A stretch of DNA of 64,000 nucleotides. It comes from Picochlorum sp. SENEW3 (taxonomy: Eukaryota). The stretch is taken from NCBI GenBank assembly GCA_034226945.1, contig CP120456.1, positions 1,054,001 through 1,118,000 of the forward strand, read 5' to 3'. Under the pieces are notes generated by a model. The model was not told the DNA's origin and ran no database searches. It saw only the letters and a program-made list of their open reading frames with translations. The position numbers and the translations under genes were made by a program. Shown piece after piece: positions 24,284-37,112 of the stretch; within the stretch, counting starts at the first letter, position 1; the number at the start of each line of letters is the position of its first letter.

Positions 24284-24287
24284 TCAC

Positions 24288-27200
24288 ATGTTTATTAGGG
24301 TCCTCTCAATGAACATGAATGGGCTGTCTGAAGTGAAGTTCAACAGCCTTCTAACACTAATAACATCACACAGCATTGATGCTGTCCTTTTACAAGAAAC
24401 ACACCTCAGACCCCACGAGGAATCAGGATATCAATACAGGCTAAACAATATAGGATGGGAATGCTACTGGCATAACAAAGCAAGAGTGAAATGCAAATCT
24501 GGCGGAGTGGCAATCTGGGTCAAATCCCAAGGGCCCAAACGTGGCAGGATCCATATCCAACAGCAAGTCCATAAGACAGCAGAAGGTCGATTCCTAGGAG
24601 TGCATATGAAGTGGGCGGGGCACCACATCCAACTCGGATGTGCGTACATGCCCAACAACCACATGCACACCTACGACCTTATTGAGCAGCACCTCCACGG
24701 TCTGGCAACAACATCTTTGGAAGAGCACCGGAGCATCTTATGGGCGGGAGACTGGAATTTTGTGGAAGATCTGGTGGCAGATACCTCTTCCACTCGCAGG
24801 CAACACAACCAAACAGAGCAATGGGTGGCGACACGATGGCAAGACAGGATGCAGATGCTCGCAGAATGTAAAGGCCAAGAACTGCAAAGGTCTCGGAGCT
24901 TTACAGCGTACAAAAATACCCAATACGGGCGAGTAGGCACCCGACTCGATCGATTCTACTCCTCGCATGACCTGTCTCCATACATTCGTACAGCACGTGT
25001 TTTGCAGACGAACAGCTCTGGAATCAAATCTGACCATCGCCCCATCATACTGGACCTGCAAGGAAGGAATATCAGCCCCACTGTCACGTTGGAAAGGCCA
25101 AAGGTCAAACTCCCCAGAGTCAAATGTTCATTTAGACTGAGCACTCAGCATCTGTCAGAAGCGATCAAAGAACTCCAAGAGTTTTTTGACACACTGGACC
25201 CAAATATACAAGAAGGTGGCCCCATAAGGTATTGGCCTGTCATCAAAAGGAAAATAGCGGTCGTGGCAAATTGGTACTCGACAAAGTACGAAATCGACAT
25301 CAAGAACAAGCTCAAGCGACTGGAAACAAACCGCGATGAACTCAGCGGATATGAGAGAGACAAGCTGGCATCACAGCTGGCATGTATGAATTCGACAGGA
25401 CCCAAGGTGCAGCTGAAAAATGACCGTCTTGACAAGTCTCTACACATGTACCTCTCCAACGCGAAGAAAACGGTGCCCACCCCGCCTCTGATGCAAGACC
25501 AGGGAAAAAGCTCGAGATCGATACAAGGGAACCTCGAAGCCTTTGTGACGGAGTATTCTAAAATCTCCTCACAGCCGCAGACGTGCAGGGCTGCCCAACG
25601 ACAGCTCCTGGACCTCAGAGGAAGCCAAAGGGATCTTCGAGGAATTCCACACCACGGATGAAATTCATCCATCCGAGGTTTTGAGAGCGATGAAGCAGAT
25701 GAACAGCACAACAGCCCCAGGAGAAGATGGTATTCGACTGTCGGTGTATGCTGCCTTGAAAGGGGTGCTTGCCCCATTCTTGGCCAAGCTATACACCGAG
25801 ATGATCCAAACAGGGGAAGCACCAGCAAATTTCTTCGATGGCATCATCAGACCCATACCAAAAGGTGAGGTGAGCCCGGACCCAAAAAAATATAGACCAA
25901 TCACGCTGCTGAATGTGGACTACAGAATCTTCACCTTTGTGCTCAAGAATCGGCTGACTCTGCCCATGAGTAAGCTCATCCCTGAGACACAAACGGCCTT
26001 TCTCCCTGGACGACACTCAGCGCAGAATATATGGATTCAAGATGCGGTGCCACACCTCTTGACACACGAAAACAAATGGGCATTGGTGGGTCTGTGTGAC
26101 TTCCAAAAAGCATATGATACCATTGACCGGGGTTTTCTGTTACAGATTTGCAGAGAACTCCGAATGCCAGGCTTCCTTATGGCCTGGATACAAGGTATCA
26201 TGAAGCATACTAGGAACCGTGTGTATGCCGATAACCACATATCGTCATACAAGCAGTTCCACGCGGGGATCCGACAGGGCTGTCCGGCCTCACCCATCCT
26301 CTACCTCCTCATTGGGTACATGCTCCACCTCCTCATTGATGCCACGGACATCGGCATCACACTCCAGTGTCCATATAGAGTGGCCAAATGCCACAATGGG
26401 GGACGAGCATTCGATGCATGCAAGCCCACCACCGTGACTCTAAAGTTGAGCCAATATGCAGATGATAGCAAAGTGTTTCTCGGCAGCCAAGAGCAGGTCA
26501 AGACGTTCAGAGCCTGCATGGACATGTTTCATCAGGCTACTGGACAACGATTAAATCGAGACAAGACACACCTGCTGGCCATCGGCAGGATACCCTCCAC
26601 ACTGCCCTGTGCAATGGAGGGATTCCAATTGGTGACAGAGGCCAAGGTGCTGGGTATCACCGTGCACCATGGGACAGCACCACCGACGGTCGACTGGAAA
26701 AGCAAACTGAACAGCATGGCAACGACAGCCAAGGTCATCAAAGCTACCAGGATCTCCTGTTTTGGAAAGTTCCGATTGTGGAACACCTTTGTCATTTCGA
26801 GAATCCTGTATGCTGCAGAATTCACCAGAGTGCCACAAGAGGTCCTGAGAGAGATCACCAAGCTCACACGAGAACTGCTGCCTGATAATGCTCGCTGCTG
26901 GAGTACGACACGAATGTCGGACCCACCACAAGAAGGAGGTCTAGGCTGCCTCAACTTTGCAGCGCATACCCAAGCAAGACAAGCAAAATGGTGCTTGCGG
27001 CTGCTACGCGTGGGGACATCGCAACTGTGGTCGCAGCTGGTGTGGAATGCCTTCCTTCTACACCCACATGATGCTCATATTACCTCCACCCAGTGCTTGC
27101 GCGAGTGCGCATTGCCGCCAATGACGACCATCGTCGAGGGATAAGCATATCTGGTCTCGATCCCAGCGTGCATCGAGACCATCCAGGCAAACAGGACCCA

Positions 27201-27951
27201 GCCAGAGCAACAGACTTGGTACAGGGACGACTACCACTGGACCATCGGCCCAAAAGCCCACCCGATGAAGAAGTATACAGTGAAGATGGGCACTCGCTTG
27301 TTATCGATGGAAGGACAGCCAGAGAGGGCCGATGCCTATTACAGATGGCTGTATGCCCTCTGCGGAGCCACACAGGCTCCGGGCAGCCCCCTGATCCACC
27401 AACACCTCTGGAAGCTCCCGATGGACAATAGGTGGAAGGAGCCGTTCTGGCATGCGTCCATGGGCGGCTTCATCCGCTCGTCGGGGTCGAAGCCATGCGC
27501 ATGTGGCATGTGCGAGACACCTGACATCCTTCACCACTTCAAGCACTGCCCTGTGGCAGCAGCCGTGTACGGTCAGCTGTCGGGCGAGTCCATCCATGCG
27601 GAAAAAGTGCCGTTCCTCGTATGGACAGGAACACCACCCCAGCATGTGCCAAAAAATATATGGCTCTTCATCTGCGTCAGCGCGGTGTATGCCATTGACA
27701 GAGGCAGACGCTACATGTACAAATTGAAGTACCATACAGAGGGCCCAGTCCCCCAAACAGATACCATTGTCAGCAAAGGAAAGACCATCGCCGTTCAGAC
27801 CTTCTGGAACCTCCTCCATCTCCACGCCAAAAAGATGCCTCAAGGCAAGCCAGAGCACGCCACCCTCCCAATTATAGCCTGGAACACCAACACCAACAGC
27901 TGGTTCCCCAAACCACCACCAGGGGTGCAACTTGTAGGAAGCATCCATTAG
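24288..27951 (+). pseudogene. L1/Tx1-like LINE ORF2: APE endonuclease, reverse transcriptase and C-terminal zinc knuckle; two frameshifts
   Basis: Endonuclease motifs LLQETH, GDWN, LDRFY, SDH; RT motifs APGEDG, YRPITLLNVDY, DFQKAYD, GIRQGCPASP, YADD; PPQEGGLG; CACGMC..HHFKHC. Confidence 0.92.
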
Positions 27952-28139
27952 CCAATAGGTAGCTATCCAAACATTCTCTCAGCGATGGAATAAGAAGCAT
28001 GGCCCAGAGGTTCATGGGCTGCCAGTGGGCAAAATCTTCCCAGTGCCTCCAAAGCACACTTCCAGGCTTGCCTCGTCGTGTGTGGATTCCACTTCTTCCC
28101 TTCCATCACTGGAACGAATGGTTTGAGTCAATTGTTTGC

Positions 28140-28304
28140 AATCCATCAATTATTACACCTTGGCCTAAACGAGGTGATGGTGGTGGGGATGAGTAAAGGC
28201 TCTTTCAAGGAATCGAGCCCCTCAATCCGAATTTGAGGATTGTGCTCACCTTTCACTATGCATCACCACGTGGTGCACCGGGCATGTAAGACTGGAAAAT
28301 AAAA
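28140..28304 (-). repeat. Inverted copy of the LINE 5' leader (22696..22845)
   Basis: Near-identical reverse-complement match over ~150 bp. Confidence 0.85.
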
Positions 28305-28309
28305 GTGGC

Positions 28310-29374
28310 AGCGACGTGGGGAAACTATTCCTCTCGAAGACTATACAGTGAAATTTGGAACCCTCCTCCTCACCGAAGGACAGCAAGCTGATAGAAACTA
28401 TAGATGGCAGCAGTGGCTGGAAATCATCCAAGATAAACGGATGTCAGATTCTCAGGAGTGCTTGTTCCAGCACCCCATCAGATGGCGCCCACTTTATCGT
28501 GTATTACCGCCCCTCTCGCGGCTTCCAATTCCCTCAGCTTATAAGATCGCCTTCTGGGAAACAATTATGAGGACAGGTATCACCAGTGAAAGAATTAAAG
28601 TCGATCAGCCCTGTATTTGCCATTTCAGTCCAGTCCAACCAGGCAGAGCTCATTTCTTTTACCATTGCCCCATCGCGCTCTCCTTATGCAGCAACTTATT
28701 TCAGGTAGATCTACAGGCAGCTCAGGATATTATTAGATCCATATGGATGGTTCATCCATGGGGCAATTATCCCTTGGATGCTTGGGCCTTGATATGCATT
28801 GCCACGACGTACAGTATTGATACAGTTCGAAAGACCATATACAAGGCTCAGCGCGACCAGAGAGTCAAATCCATTGATTATTACATACAGCTGGCTCGCA
28901 AGGTATGCGTATCCATTTTAACGTGTTACACACACGTTTTGGAGGCAGGATCTCCCTCCCTGGCTTCTTCAGCCCCTCTTCAGTGGTCCCAGGAAGCCCA
29001 GTGCTGGCAGGTCTCTCCTCTGGTGTCGCCTTTTTCCCCTCAACAGTAATTCAGTACACGGACAGATTTGTGCCCCTTGTTTTGGTAGTCTGTCTCACGT
29101 GGTTCAGAATATGCCGATACCATGTTTATCTTTTGCATAGAACCTGGGTGAGAGGACTTTCGCTACTCTTTTGAGTCTCAGTTTCATTTCAAGTGGAGTT
29201 TTCAAATCTCGAGAAGATTCTGATATTAGTGTGTCGTTAGTTTTGTCTTTGTCTTTTCCTTTTTCTTATTTCTTTTCACGGAGCCCTGGGTACCCCACCA
29301 CAGGTACCCCGCTTGATCAAGAGGCGACCTGGTCAGGGGGCATTGATGTAAAACCATACATACAAAAAAAAAAA
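28310..29374 (+). mobile_element. 5'-truncated LINE (ORF2 C-terminus, 3' UTR, poly-A)
   Basis: CICH..HFFYHCP, similar to 27265..27951; TGTAA then an A11 tail at 29364-29374. Confidence 0.8.
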
Positions 29375-30240
29375 TTTTTTTTTGGGATATATTACACAGG
29401 CGAAAAATATGACGAATATCATCCAAGACAATCAGGCCCCCAGGAGGAAATCCCTAAATAAAATGTTTAGAGATTTACGTAGGGATGAAAAAAACCTCCT
29501 GACCCAAATGCTGTCCATTGGACATACTTCTCTATAGTGCTGTTCAACGATAAGGTTGCTGGGTGTTAGAAAACAGATTTTATTGGCCATTCATATGACG
29601 ACTGCTCCAGGTTGTGAATATTTTACTCTTGGTACCACTAAACCGAACAGGAGCAGGGAGGCCATCATACTTCAGGCAAAATCTGATGTTGGACTTCTAC
29701 TGACTATAAAATACTGTTGAACTGAACGTACTGTCTGTTTTAGCGGCTGTTGCTGAGAATGTTATTTCTGGTGAGAGTCCATACCAATGGTTTCTGAATC
29801 TTCCATCGATGTGTGGTAGATTGCCATTTTAGAAAGGGCAAATCTTGCTTGTTGTTGGACCGTGGTGGGAGCTGAGATTTTCTGTGTTGCAGCGTTTCCC
29901 AGAAGTATTGCTCTGCTGTTTGACTGGCTTTTCTGACGATCTCCTGTGGGTGTTGTCGTTGTTCTCTGGTACTGTGATGTAGCATCCTATAAGCCGTTTT
30001 GCGTCCCACATCCAACGCATTGATTGTGAGAATACTGATCACTGTCCATATATGTGGGTCAATATCTTTGGGAGTTGTATTGCTCCATATGTTATGAACA
30101 AGAAGCTGGAAGTGGCTGTTGATGTCTTCATACAAAATGCCCGGTTTGAGAAGGCTATAAACATGCTTGGCAATTGGACAATCTCTGGCACAATGTTCCA
30201 TTGAGGCCTGTGCATGACCACAGGCACAATATTCCTGTAG
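29375..30240 (-). mobile_element. 5'-truncated LINE of another subfamily
   Basis: HCARDCPIA...NALDVGRK similar to the other ORF2 C-termini; T9 tail at 29375-29383; 3' UTR shared with ~56540-56840 and 57405-57449. Confidence 0.8.
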
Positions 30241-30505
30241 AGAATATTTTACAAAATAAAAAACATTCTCGCGGGCCCCTTATTGACGTGAGTCTCATGA
30301 CATTTGAATCGACCTAGCGATGTTTGGATGGAAAGGGCGGATGGACCGCCCTTTCAGCTTGGGCACTAGATTGCTGTAAAGGGCTGCAGGCTGATAATGG
30401 AACAGACGATATTTGGAAAACGAGTGGGTTATTGATTCATTTATACATATCGAAGGATGTAATACAGCAATAATATGTTTCTAGTGTAGAAGGAATTGGC
30501 ATGGT

Positions 30506-30997
30506 ATGACGCTAATAGAATTACGCGAAGCATACGAAAAGCGCATTGCATGGCGAGAGTGTCAGGTATTGCAGTTGCTGGGTTGCCAAATTGATGACAG
30601 TATTGATGAACCTGTTAGTAAATTATTTAGTTTGAGCAGTAGTGAGCGATTGCAGGCAGTAATTGCGGGGCACCGTCCGTCGAAACTGCACTGCTTCAAA
30701 AAGCATCAAGAGTACTTGAGGTTTGTTGCGTCAGTGCAAGGGGAATTGAACGGAGGGTGCCAGCCAAATGGTGTATTACTGGATGCACTAGAGTATCACG
30801 GTGTTAATGTGAGAGAGGCAGTTGACAAGGCAAGCACTGAAGAAATGTTCAGGAAGTATTGCAGGAATGTAGACAAGGACATTCTGATATACTTGCAAGG
30901 CAAGTACGAGCTCAGCAGCACGTTTATATTTACCAGACTAGTTACTAGTGAATTAATGAGAAAGGTATTCGTGAAGTTACATGATGGAGGCTATTGA
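30506..30997 (+). CDS. Helitron accessory ORF, unknown function, convergent with RepHel and overlapping its stop by 7 bp
   Basis: 163 aa ATG ORF inside the element. Confidence 0.5.
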   Translation: MTLIELREAYEKRIAWRECQVLQLLGCQIDDSIDEPVSKLFSLSSSERLQAVIAGHRPSKLHCFKKHQEYLRFVASVQGELNGGCQPNGVLLDALEYHGVNVREAVDKASTEEMFRKYCRNVDKDILIYLQGKYELSSTFIFTRLVTSELMRKVFVKLHDGGY

Positions 30998-33900
30998 TTG
31001 ATGTCACATTCAGAAATGGGTGAAACTTTGAAAAGGTCTGGCGTGGGTAATTTGGTCAAGTAGATCTGCTGCAGTGTGGTTACACGGCTTAGCATGACGA
31101 ACAGCTGCCCTTCCTGAAAGATGTCTCGTATATCCAGGAGCACTTTGGTTTTGATGGTTTTCCCCTGAGCTTTGTGTGCAGTGAATGATGAGGCTGGCAT
31201 AATGGGAAACCGTCGTGTAGCATACTTGAAGCCATTACTGAGATATCTGACATCCTCCTGGGCATACAGAGTGACCGTTTGTTTGGTAGCTTTGACGTAC
31301 ACTTTGAGAGCCCAGGGAATCATGTCTTGTGAATGCAAAGGAGTAGTGACATAATCTGTTTGCTTTAACCTGTTTGGCTTATTAGGATTCTTGTATGCAA
31401 CAGACACAATACTTCCAACTGCTCCGTTGATGAGTCCCTTGTCGAAATCCTGATTTTTAGAGAATATAACTTCTGTGCCAATTGCTATCTTGCGCATGCA
31501 ATGAATCTTTGGCAGGTCATGAGTGAAGGATTCCTTTACTTTGGCTATCAAGTCATCTGAGTGGGGTGGAGTCCCAGACAGTATACGAAATGTAGGAGTA
31601 ATGTCAAATACCGGTATACCAGCTGTTTGACACTTATGGACTAGCAAGCGTTCCCCTAATTCCAAGGCATTGTCATTTTTTGCGTGGATGGAGATGGCAT
31701 CTGGGTTATCTATGAGGAATGGCAGCCACTGATGTTGAGGCAGAACTCTAGATGAAAACAAGTGTTTAATTTGCTCACGGCTGGGCGGCGTGTTATTGGA
31801 TACTAACCCTAGGATGAATTCTCCCCATTTAGGATCACCGCTAAATCTGCAGGAGGTAGACAGGTTGTGAATGTGCCAGGTATACTTGCTGAATTCGCTG
31901 TTCATAATGTTGCAGACTCTGCAAGTTTCCATAAGTTGATTGTCACTTCTTGACTTGTGCTGGCATATTGGCGGAAGTTGATTGCTGTCGCCGACAAGAA
32001 TGAAGAGCTTGTGAGCTATTTGATCTTCTTCAACCATATCACCACAGTTGAGAATTCTCTTGATGCAAATGTCCAATTTTGATGCAGTCAGCATAAAGGC
32101 TTCATCGACAATGATAACATCAGCGTCCTTGCAATATAGATAGGCTTTGTTTCGAAAATTGATATTGGTGCGTTTTTCCCCTGACCTTTCCAAAGCAACA
32201 ACACGGTCTATGGTTTGGCCGTGTATGTTGACAGCTGCAATTGCAGTGCTAGCGCACAGCACTACATTTTTCTTCATCGAGTGAAAGTATTGATGAATCT
32301 GATTGATAATAAAGCTCTTTCCACAACCTGGGCCTCCCTGAATGACATGGAAGCCTGAAGGATTCTGCTTGATATGGTCAAATGCCTGTTGCTGATCATG
32401 TGTAAGGACTGGTACATCATGGCTGTGGTGGTTTGTTGGAGATGGGTATACGGGTGTATGCGTTTCTACACCAGTTCGATTTTCGTAATGATCATAAATA
32501 AACTGACAATCTTTATCCAGGTTGAATTCTGATGCTAGCATGTTCATGTAGTGTGTTTCCAGCATGTGGCGCAGACGTATGGTTGTGTCTGCAAGCCCAA
32601 GATCGACGCACTTACCGTAATATGTGCTATCACGTCCAAGCAGTTCATTTTCCCTTCGAAATTTTTGTGTCTGCAACAAGGCGTTGAAGAAAAAACCCTC
32701 TGGATCTTCGCTTCCTGGAGCATATCTGGAGAGCCTGACAATTGCTTCTTTTTTGCGCTTGACAATTTGCTTATTATGCATGACAACGAACGTTCCTTCT
32801 TGACATGTGCTTTGTTTGCGCGGTACAACGTCATACTGCTCATAAAATTGAACAATTGTGAGAGATTCCATGTGTGGAGGTCGATCACAGTAAGCTGAAA
32901 TTTGATCAAGTGTAAAAGCGTCTTTGCCTCGTCTGGTAACCACAGATTCTGCTGAAGTTCGTTGAGAAGGAATACATGAGTTGACAAAGACTACCTGATC
33001 ACTGAATGAAATAACATCAATGCCAAGCATGTTTAGGGCAGCCTCAGAAACACTGACTGGTTTGCTATACACTACATCAGTCAGTATTCTCCTGGTGATT
33101 TCAGAACAATCTGGCACTGTCAGGGAATGCATGGCATCTGGCTCCACCATTAACGATCCAGCAGGCTCTGCCTTAGCAGTGTACTTGAGTAAGTAGTAGC
33201 TGAGATTATCATTTGTGACTCGCACAACATTTGTATGAGCATTCCACAGCAAGGCAATCATAGGAACGTAACAGACTGTGTTTCTATGTCTGTACCCTGG
33301 GCAGTATGGCAAATACCTCTTTGATTTTGGGCAAAGGACAGGTGTATGTGAATACTGTGCAGGAAATGGGAATCCATATCTACATTCACCATGCAAGCGA
33401 CATTGAGAGCTGCATGAATGCTGGTTTTTTTGCACAATAATGTTGTGCAGCATGGCAAGCACTTCGTCTGATGGCACTTTGTATTCTCCTGTCTCAGGAT
33501 CGACTTCGTACGGTATTTCCATGGTAAGCAGTTTCTCAACATCTGGTAAATCATCTGGGTGGATCCAGAGCAACACATGGGTATGCCATGCTTGTCTGCC
33601 TTGCAGTTCATATTTAATAACATGATTTGTAACTCTTCCTAAAAGCTGACACCCTCCGTCAAGACCCAAGATAAAGTGGTTGAAAAAGTTTTGAAACCTG
33701 TTATGAAACAATAGGGTTGTCTCACATGGTGCAGATTTTGCTTTCAATCCTGGGTTAATTTGCCTGAGAATGTCATCTAGCAAATCGTACTCCTTCCACC
33801 TGGTGGCCGAGCAATCATCCACTGTCAATGTCATCATCAAATGAGGAATTCCTTTCTTGGCTGCGACTGCCTCAATGTTGTGTAATTGATTCTTATACCA

Positions 33901-35523
33901 CAGAGGACTGCCTTTAATATGGTTGGAGATTTTGTATTTCTCAATTGTATCAAGGCATGTTTGGAGGACGAACTTTTTTCCTTCCTTGGCACAAGCTTTT
34001 TGTTGTCTGTCATATTCTTGTTGAATGACTACCTGCAGTAGAGAATGAAAGGCATAGAAGTAAACGCATTTTAGTACTAGGCTAATTGATTATCAACTTA
34101 CCCTGGTATTAGTGGATGAGTATTCTGTTGTTTTCATCGCTTGATACATAAGGCATATATATTCCTGAGTAAGAGAATATGGCGAAAAGAGTTGATGGCA
34201 CCTGAAAGACAAATACTTTTTGAATTGGCCTATTCCAACATTAAAGCAGGTGTTTGGGATGTGGTTGACTGTGAACTGAGGAAACAAATGTGGAAAGAGT
34301 AATTGCTCCATTGTCCCATGATCAATATTCCACGAGTCGTCGCGTAGATCTGTCGTATTTATACCGCCATGTACCGTCGTAGTAACGTTTCTTTCCTGCA
34401 ATCCCTCGCGGTCTTGAACTGACCCAACCTGTATTTGTTCATGGCTGTGGATTCCATCTGCAGTATGTGGCCGCCCACACATGACAGACAGCACTTCGTT
34501 GTCTGCAAGAATATTGCTTTGAGTGTTTGTAATATTTGCAGCCGTTGATACATCTCGAGCCTTGGATGGCTGAATAATATTGGTAAGCATGACTGAATCT
34601 GCAGGGCCTGTGTAGAGAGCCTGTCCCTGGCAATTTTTCCTTTCTAGCAAAGGCAGGTACTTGTGAAACAGTACATTGTGCCTTCTGTTTGTAAAATACA
34701 AGCTTAGAATCGAATCCGGAGGTCTCTGCTGCTGTAAACCCATGGCATGAAAAGCCTGAACATTGTCATGCCTTTGCATATGTGCCTCCTCCTCAATACT
34801 TGTGTGTTGCAATTTGTTAGCAAACAATGGCATTTCGAAGAACACATGTACCTTTGGTCGAAGCGTGCATCCCGAGGTCATTTGGTTGACAACATAAGTG
34901 ACGTCAAGCAATGAAAAGTATGACCTGTAAAACGGTTCTTCTGACAGCATAGCAAAGTACAGTGTGCTATATGGCACACAGCTATCATGGCATGCGACAG
35001 TGCCATAATTGAATGGCAATCGTGATTTCATTTCCAGCTTTTCTTTATCCTTGTTGACCTGGTAGCATGATTTACACACTTGTAGATTGCCACGTTCACT
35101 TTCAGGTGTTTCCAAGAAAAGTTTCAAGTCAACCAGTTGCAGTGCACAATTTCTTGTGGCACTGGTGTAAATCCACTTTTGCTGCACAGAGTACTGAATC
35201 CATGCATTGTAATTCTGCTTCAAGATGATTTGTAAATCCTGAGATAAGCATTTAATTCCTCGAAAGGAGTCGTTGCCTCCAAAATCAACGAAACTGCAGA
35301 CTGGGCAGCACTGAATGTCTGACACCAGAGTTTCACACGCACTACTCCACTCTGAAAGCATAGAACTATCCAACTTCATGTAGTCATAATAGGTATTGTT
35401 CCTTTCTCTAATATGCCTGACTAGGAGTTGAGGTTTTCCGACTGTAGACAGCCCTAGGTCAGAGCAAATGCTGCGGAGCTGTTCCCTGCTAAGATTGTCC
35501 CTACTTCGTTTTATACCGGGCAT
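30991..35523 (-). CDS. Helitron RepHel (N-terminal SAP, HUH-Y2 Rep, Pif1 SF1B helicase), ~1487 aa, intron at 34033..34101
   Basis: SAP-like LSREQLRSICSDLGLSTVGKPQLLVRHI; splicing GTAAGT..CTGCAG restores KGSPLWY..GIPHLMMTLT; ELQGRQAWHTHVLLW (HUH), YLLKYTAK, GGPGCGKS, IVDEAFM, GDSNQLPPI, TAHKAQGKT, GQLFVMLSRV. Confidence 0.93.
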
Positions 35524-35639
35524 ACTTAAGAATTTTTATACTGTAAGATAATTGTAATGTAATATACCTTAAACCTTCAACATAGCACACGTATGAATAA
35601 AATTGAACTGTGCACGGACTGATGCATGCACATTTTGTA

Positions 35640-35710
35640 ATATGGTTCATTTTTCTGACCATATGGTTCATTCTTTTGACCATATGGTTCATTTTTCTCA
35701 CGATATGGTC
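35640..35710. repeat. 21-bp tandem repeat (about 3 copies) in the divergent intergenic region
   Basis: ATATGGTTCATTTTTCTGACC-like units. Confidence 0.75.
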
Positions 35711-35857
35711 AGAATATTCAATGAGTCATTTTATCTTTTTAATTTGACCCTGGCAAAGTATGGATGATGGTGGAGGAAAACGGCGGCTGGTAAAAAAATG
35801 CAGATAGAAAAAAAAGTTTTAAAACGTCACAATACTTTGAGTCAACAACATTTGACT

Positions 35858-36773
35858 ATGTGGTCTGCAAACATTAATCTTGCTGAACTGGAACGCCGCA
35901 CTTTGCAGCAAGTGCAACAACGGTATGTGTTCTGCCGCCTCAATATACGTTTGTGATATATGATATTCAATACAGCACGCGCATCATACATGCGTCCTTG
36001 CAATATGTAGTGCCAAGAATGACTTTCCTGATGAGGAAACATCATTGACAGACAATCAACTGTATACACTTGTGGTATACAATGGAGTTGATCCAACAAA
36101 GATTCCATCATCCTTTACAACGGTCAGTGCACGACAACAGTATTATGAGTCAATGAAACTGGTTGCTGCAAACAGAACAGGAGTCAGAAGCCCAAATGGA
36201 AGATCAACGAAGGTTGTTTTGACCATTGGAACGTGGTGGCCATTCCTGGAATATGCGAGGAAAAGGCGTTGGTATACGGCACAGTATGCAGAAGAGGATT
36301 TCTGGTTGGCATCTGATGCTCAACCACTGTATGCGAAAATCCAAGGAGAACAAAGACTGCATCCTTCGTACAGAGAAGCCATGATTCTTGGGTACATGAT
36401 GGGTGGATTTGAAGATGTTTTCAATACTGAAAAAATACCAAATCAAGCGTTTGCTAAAACATTTTGCGACAATTTCGCTGCAAGTGTTTTCCGTCCTGAT
36501 CCTGAGCAAGATGAAGCTATTCCTCCGACTCAATTTTCTCCCAATGTGCAGCAAGCACTTGGTCAACCACAAAATGTGTCTGAAGACGAGGAAGAAGAAA
36601 GCCATGAAAATGATGATCATCACTCTGAGTCCGATGATAACAGAGACGATGTTGTGATTATCAGTGAAACTCCAGGAAATGGTATCTTCATAAAAGAAGA
36701 GCCTGTATATGAAGAAGAGTCCACTGAGCAAGTCACTCAGAAAAGGACAGCCTGTTCCTACAGTCACTCCTGA
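35858..36773 (+). CDS. Helitron accessory gene, unknown function, acidic C-terminus; intron at 35923..36010
   Basis: Exon 1 MWSANINLAELERRTLQQVQQR splices in frame through GTATGT..TGTAG to ORF 36045..36773; a frameshift near the end may have removed a basic tail (to ~36820). Confidence 0.6.
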
Positions 36774-37112
36774 GAAGAAGCAGAAGAGGAGCAGACGTGC
36801 AACTGTGAAGAAGACATGATCATGCTTTAACGCAGTAATCATGCTTATTTCTGCCAAGGTAGCAACTGTACACCAAGTGTATGTCATGCTTTCCTTTAAG
36901 AAATCCAATGTAAGTAGGAAGGAAGATCACCTACTTAATATATCTAATTAAGACCTGATAATAGATTTAAGTAGAATAATATATGTGGATCTTCATGGAT
37001 ACGTTCAGATGATAAGAGATGCTCTAGATCTCTAGGATGGACCCGTGGGAGATCCGAGGGGGTCCATCACATTCCTCCCCCCTCAGCAAAAACCAAGGGT
37101 TTTGCGACAAGA

